A stretch of DNA of 64,000 nucleotides from the NCBI RefSeq assembly GCF_000143415.4, contig NW_003314323.1:187208-251207 (forward strand). The letters run 5' to 3'. The DNA comes from Selaginella moellendorffii. Its lineage: Eukaryota; Plantae; Lycopodiophyta. The notes under the pieces were generated by a model. That model was not told the DNA's origin. It made no database searches and saw only the letters and a list, made by a program, of their open reading frames with translations. This document shows, one piece after another, positions 59,601-64,000 of the stretch (its first letter is position 1; each line of letters begins with the position of its first letter). The translations under genes were made by a program, and so were the position numbers.

Positions 59601-59950
59601 TATTAGGTGCGGCTGCCAGTTGGGGTGAAAATTCATTCAGTATTTTATGTTCACCAATTGAAAAGTATACTATCTCAAAGTGACAAACCCAATGCCTCCT
59701 TAATATATATGGCTGTGGAAGATGGATTAAGAGTTTGAGTAAGGTTTCCCAAAAAGGGTGATCACAGGTATAATTTGTCCTTGGGACAAAGACTTTGTTA
59801 GGGGGGAAGAATTATTAAGCATTAACTTTGACCACATGGTTAACATTGGTCAAAAGGAAGCTCAAAGGTATATTATAAAGCATGTTAAGGTAAGAGACTT
59901 AACTTAAATGGTGGCACAGTGAAACTTTTGAAGTAGTTCAAGGGTGGTTG
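56667..59950 (+). mobile_element. Degenerate Ty3/gypsy retrotransposon remnant (element E)
   Basis: Short diverged LTRs at 56667-56793 and ~59812-59950, a PBS-like TGATATCAGA and PPT AGGGGGGAAGA. RT (FTKIDL..YHQI, FLDNI), RNase H (TDHKPL) and integrase (ISDR..HPQMDGQTE) remnants carry many stops. Confidence 0.85.
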
Positions 59951-60402
59951 GGTAATGAAGAATCTCAAGATGAGGCATAGCATAGTTTGGGAAGACTAAA
60001 TTGTGCTAGATCATAACACTCCTCCCTTTGGCCTTGAATCTGACATGGGAGTTCCAATGGTTCTTGACATTGTTGTCCATTCTCCCAGGAAGTTGAGTAG
60101 CAAAGTAAGCCCACCTACACAGTGAAGGGAGAGATGTCGATCTGAAGCCAAAGACTCAAGCAAAGTAAAGTACCTGTTTCCAACCAATTCATGCAGTTGA
60201 CAGAGAGTTTCCTCCTCCTGCTCGCTGAATTTTCCGTGCCTCAACTCTGGTCTCATCCATCTCAGCCTGCAACTCTTGCCAGTTCTCTGTTCTAAGCTCT
60301 CGAAAATAAAAGACAAAACAGCAATCCCAATCTCCTGTGACAGTGGAATTAATAAAAACTTGGGCATGCTCATGGTCGGTTGATAGATCAGCTAGTGATG
60401 AG

Positions 60403-60849
60403 CATACTTGCATTTGAACGGGTACGATTAATAAAAAATGCCGTTTAAAACGTGTGTATAATATGGCGTTTAAAACGGTGTTTAAACACCAAGAATATTT
60501 TTGAAAAACCCTAAAGAATATGCTTTCTTTTACTTAGGATTAGGGTTCATGTAAAATCAGGGTTGGTGGGATCCAGAAGCGCTAAAGTAAGTCTGGGATG
60601 GGGGGAGGAAGGCAGCCATGCTGAAGCTAGGGTCATGTTCTGAAACTGAGGCCGACATCCGAAATAAGCCACAGCGTGAATCCATGGAAGTGTAAGTATT
60701 GCTCAAATTTTGTTTAGTAACAGTTAAGTATTTTTTAATTATATTAAAACTGAAAACCATTATACCCGTTCGAAAAAAAGCTAAACAGGTATTAAACATT
60801 CAATACCCATTTGAATCCGGTTGCGTTTGAATGTTCGGATGCAAGTATG
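60403..60849. mobile_element. Non-autonomous hAT-type MITE (447 bp) in the last exon of bHLH copy 3
   Basis: TIRs CATACTTGCATTTGAAC / CATACTTGCATCCGAAC and an 8-bp TSD GTGATGAG/GTGACGAG. The empty site is present in copy 1 at ~35170. Confidence 0.88.
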
Positions 60850-61616
60850 GTGACGAGAGTGTAAAGTGACAATTTCAAAGATTCCCTGGCCAAATGCCTG
60901 ATGTCCAGTGCCTGGATAGAGAAAATGAAGAGAAGAAGAACCAAAAAGGAAACTCAAGAAAAATCTAGATTTCTTATACCTTGCTGCGAATGCAAAGGCT
61001 AGCCATGGCTGGACGGTTCTTGGATCCCGGTCCTCGCGCCGATAATTCTCCCCGATCGATCGAGATGGTCGCGTCCTGGATGAGCAGCTGGTGCTGCCGC
61101 AAGATCCACAGCACGCTCAGCAGCAATCCCTCGCACATACTGCAGCTCATGCTCAAGAACTCGAATTCACAGATGTGGAGCCCCACGGGACCGCCACCAC
61201 GATCCATCACCGGCAACGAGGAGCTTGCGATCATCAAATTCCTTGACTTACAGCGGCGTTGATCCTCGAGCACGGATTTCCTGAGCGCCAGCTCCTGGAT
61301 TTGGCGCTGCAGTGACTGGATCAGCGCCATTGCCTTGGCGATGACCTCGCATTGATCCATCTGTACAGCAAAGAAGCAAGCAAAGCATTTAGCCCTTTGT
61401 TTGTTCTTGGCTGAGAATCCTAGCGATCGATCGAATGTGATGGATGGAGCGAGAGATTACTACCTTCCAGGATTGCGATTGGAGCGGTAGCAGCACGCGC
61501 AGTCGATCATACAGCTCCTGGACCTCCTTCCGCCGCTCGCGCTCCGACCAGATGTGATTGATCCGCTGCATGTAACTCCGGCTCCGCCCTCCCTGCGCCG
61601 GGATTAGATGATCCAT
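60792..61616 (-). CDS. bHLH-ACT transcription factor, copy 3 (C-terminus supplied by the MITE)
   Basis: Near-identical to copy 1. The last exon reads ALDIRHLARESLKLSLYTLVT and then ILASEHSNATGFKWVLNV* inside the MITE. Confidence 0.8.
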
Positions 61617-61825
61617 GGCCGCGATCCTCCTCCTCTCGCACGAAGTCTTCGAAATCTTTTGGAATAGTCAAGCACCAAAGGAATTATAAATATTCCGAAC
61701 TTTCTTTCCAGGGAATCACACCGTACGCGCGGTGTTTATGATCTGTATAGAAGCCCAGACTCGTGGTACGATGCTTGCAATGCCCGTGAACGCCTGGGCG
61801 AAGTCCGTGGATCATGCCTTGGCTT

Positions 61826-62586
61826 CTACCTCATGAAGCACTGCCAGACAACGCAGCCAAGATCGCCATCCATCAAAGGGCTTTGACCGTGTGATTGTAG
61901 CGATGCTGATGATCCAGCACTAGACGTCGCCGCTGGAGACGAGGCTGATTCTTCTGCTGGATTGCCTTGGAGGAGGTGAGTATCATGAAACTCTTCTCCT
62001 GCGGGGTCTGGAATCTCCGGCGTGGGAGGAGATGGAGGTGGGTCGCTTCTTTCATGATCTTGAGAAACGGGTGAGTGGGCTACAAATGCCTTGTTCCTGA
62101 TGCGCGAGTTCCACTGGTTCTTCACATCGTTGTCTGTTCTTCCGGGAAGCTGGGAAGCAATGTAAGCCCACCTGTGATTGATATCAGTGATGAGGATAAA
62201 AACGTGATGGTGCCGGATCAAACACCTGTTTCCAACAAGCCCATGGAGCTCGATGAGCTTTTGATTCTCCTCGTCGCTGAATTTCCCACGTTTTAGGTCC
62301 GGCCTCAAGTAGTTCATCCACCTTAGCCTACAGCTCTTCCCACTTCTTTGGAGCCCTGCAAGAAAGCAGCGAAATCGGTCCTATAGAAAACTGAGTGAGT
62401 GAGATCGTCAATCAAACCCGCAAGCTTGGGAACAGTGGTCCATACGTTTCCACACCCGTGCTGCAGTATGAAATTCAGCAATAGCTCGTCCTCTTCTGGT
62501 GACCACAGTCCCTTCCTCACGATCGAGCTCGAGCTCGTCGCGCCTCCCAATTCATGATCATCGGGTTGTTCTCTTCTCGAGACCAT
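61826..62586 (-). CDS. R2R3-MYB transcription factor, copy 3
   Basis: Near-identical to 36159-36919, with the same exon structure. Confidence 0.92.
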
Positions 62587-63399
62587 GGATCGGTGAAGAA
62601 CTTTGTGACAAGGATTTCAAAGAAGATGAATTCATTTCAAGCTTGCTCTTTTGGTCATGGATCAAACTCATGGAAGGACAATATCAGTTGACGCACATTT
62701 CTCACATTCCAACCACCATACACAAAAACACGGTAATGTTTTCATTTTTTTTTCTTCTGTCTTCTTCTTTTTGTCTCAGCTTCATATTAAGAACCTCTTT
62801 ATTTTCTACTGTCCCAAGGTACAAAGCTTGAAAGTCCTTTCCGCAAGCTGGCCCTTTGACAGAGATTGCAAGATTGAGGCCAATGTTTTAGATCTATAGT
62901 TCTGAGTACAGTGTTTCACCTTTTTTGAGTCGTAATACCTTAAGAAGAAATTACTATATAAAAATAAATTCTAAAAATCCAGTTTCTAAAATCTTTTTTG
63001 TGACAGAGAAATGATAAAAGAAATGCATTATGTCAAGTAACACATATTGGATTATAACTCATGCTTGAAAAAATTCACTTCAAAATATATACCATCTTAG
63101 CAGTATATGTCAAAACAATTAATATGCATCACAGAATGTTTTTCTTAGAAGAAAATTGAAATAATTTTAGTATTTTATTTTGGAATTTTTTTAACCAAGA
63201 ATAGCATCATGTTTAGGTTCAGGTTTAGTAAATCAAGGAATGTTTCGGTTCAGGTTTAGGGGGTTTTAGTGAATTGGGGATGAGTATAAGTATATTCTAG
63301 GCATCACCAATCACCCGAGACAAGGAAATGGATTTTTTGATAAAAGGGAGAAGATGTGGAAATAGTGGTCATAGCAGCAAAGTATGGATATAGTTGCCT

Positions 63400-63681
63400 C
63401 TATACATATACATATATATATATACATATACATACATATATATATATATACATACATATATATATATATACATACATATACATATATACACATACATATA
63501 CATATATATACATACATATACATATATATACATACATATACATATATATACATACATATACATATATATACATACATATACATATATATACATACATATA
63601 CATATATATATATACATATATATACATATACATATATATGTATATATATATATGTATGTATATATGTATGTATATATATAT
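63400..63681. repeat. (TA)n/(TACATA)n microsatellite
   Basis: Seen directly in the sequence, at the position homologous to 37775-38160. Confidence 0.95.
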
Positions 63682-63706
63682 GTAACACCTCCATATATAT
63701 GTAACA

Positions 63707-64000
63707 ATATCTTGCATCAACACACCTTCAAGACCAATGTCAGGAGCATCCACGCGCAAAATAAAAGGTTGAGTGTAGTTAGAATATTGTAAGGAACCAA
63801 CTCCCCGAGGTGTCGTAGGCTAAAGGATCCCCGAAAGCATGACTAAAATGACAAAGAGTTCATCGGATGGGACTGAGTCTGAGATCGAGTCCAAGACCGA
63901 CTCTAAAACCGAGTTCGAGATAAAGTCCGGAATCGAGTCCGAAGCCAACTCGGAAACCGAGTTTGAGATCGAGTTCAAGACGGAGTCCGAGATCCAAGAA
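63707..64000. mobile_element. Element-A-family RNase H fragment followed by the start of another LTR-like sequence
   Basis: 63709-63787 matches 40742-40819. From ~63788 the sequence begins TGTAAG and carries GAGTCCGAG-type repeats reminiscent of element B LTRs. Confidence 0.6.

Larger units (their letters stand above)
56204..60285 (-). pseudogene. R2R3-MYB copy 2: 5' truncated and interrupted by a gypsy element
   Basis: The R2/R3 remnant [21 protein letters not shown]...GNR|WAYFATQLPGRMDNNVKNHWN (~59950-60285) has a stop. The C-terminal part (56204-56666) has MDGNLDCIVW, homologous to [10 protein letters not shown] of copies 1 and 3. Confidence 0.8.

Overview
Eukaryotic plant nuclear DNA, most likely a lycophyte such as Selaginella (inferred from 50-90 bp introns, very tight gene packing and many PLS-class PPR genes). 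The first ~35 kb is a gene-dense block of conserved genes: p34/AAGAB-like, PUB43/44-like U-box/ARM, NTPCR-like NTPase, NOSIP, tRNA-Glu(UUC), a CRM-domain protein, a Tudor-Tudor-RCC1 protein, AE7 (missed by the ORF track; has a U12 AT-AC intron), APRL and SDR42E1-like. This block also holds a PPR cluster with a partly deleted tandem duplicate and an AT-rich secreted B-lectin gene. From 35 to 64 kb there are three head-to-tail R2R3-MYB + bHLH(-ACT) cassettes. A multi-tier transposon nest separates cassettes 1 and 2. It consists of an old Ty3/gypsy element sitting in a TA microsatellite, which contains a 5S-bearing Cassandra TRIM and a younger long-LTR element, the latter carrying an intact hAT transposon. 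A further gypsy remnant splits MYB copy 2, and a hAT-type MITE is exonised in bHLH copy 3. The best candidate for an undescribed system is the repeated MYB-bHLH cassette, which may be dicistronic or allow stop read-through. All gene models were spliced by eye and no searches were run.
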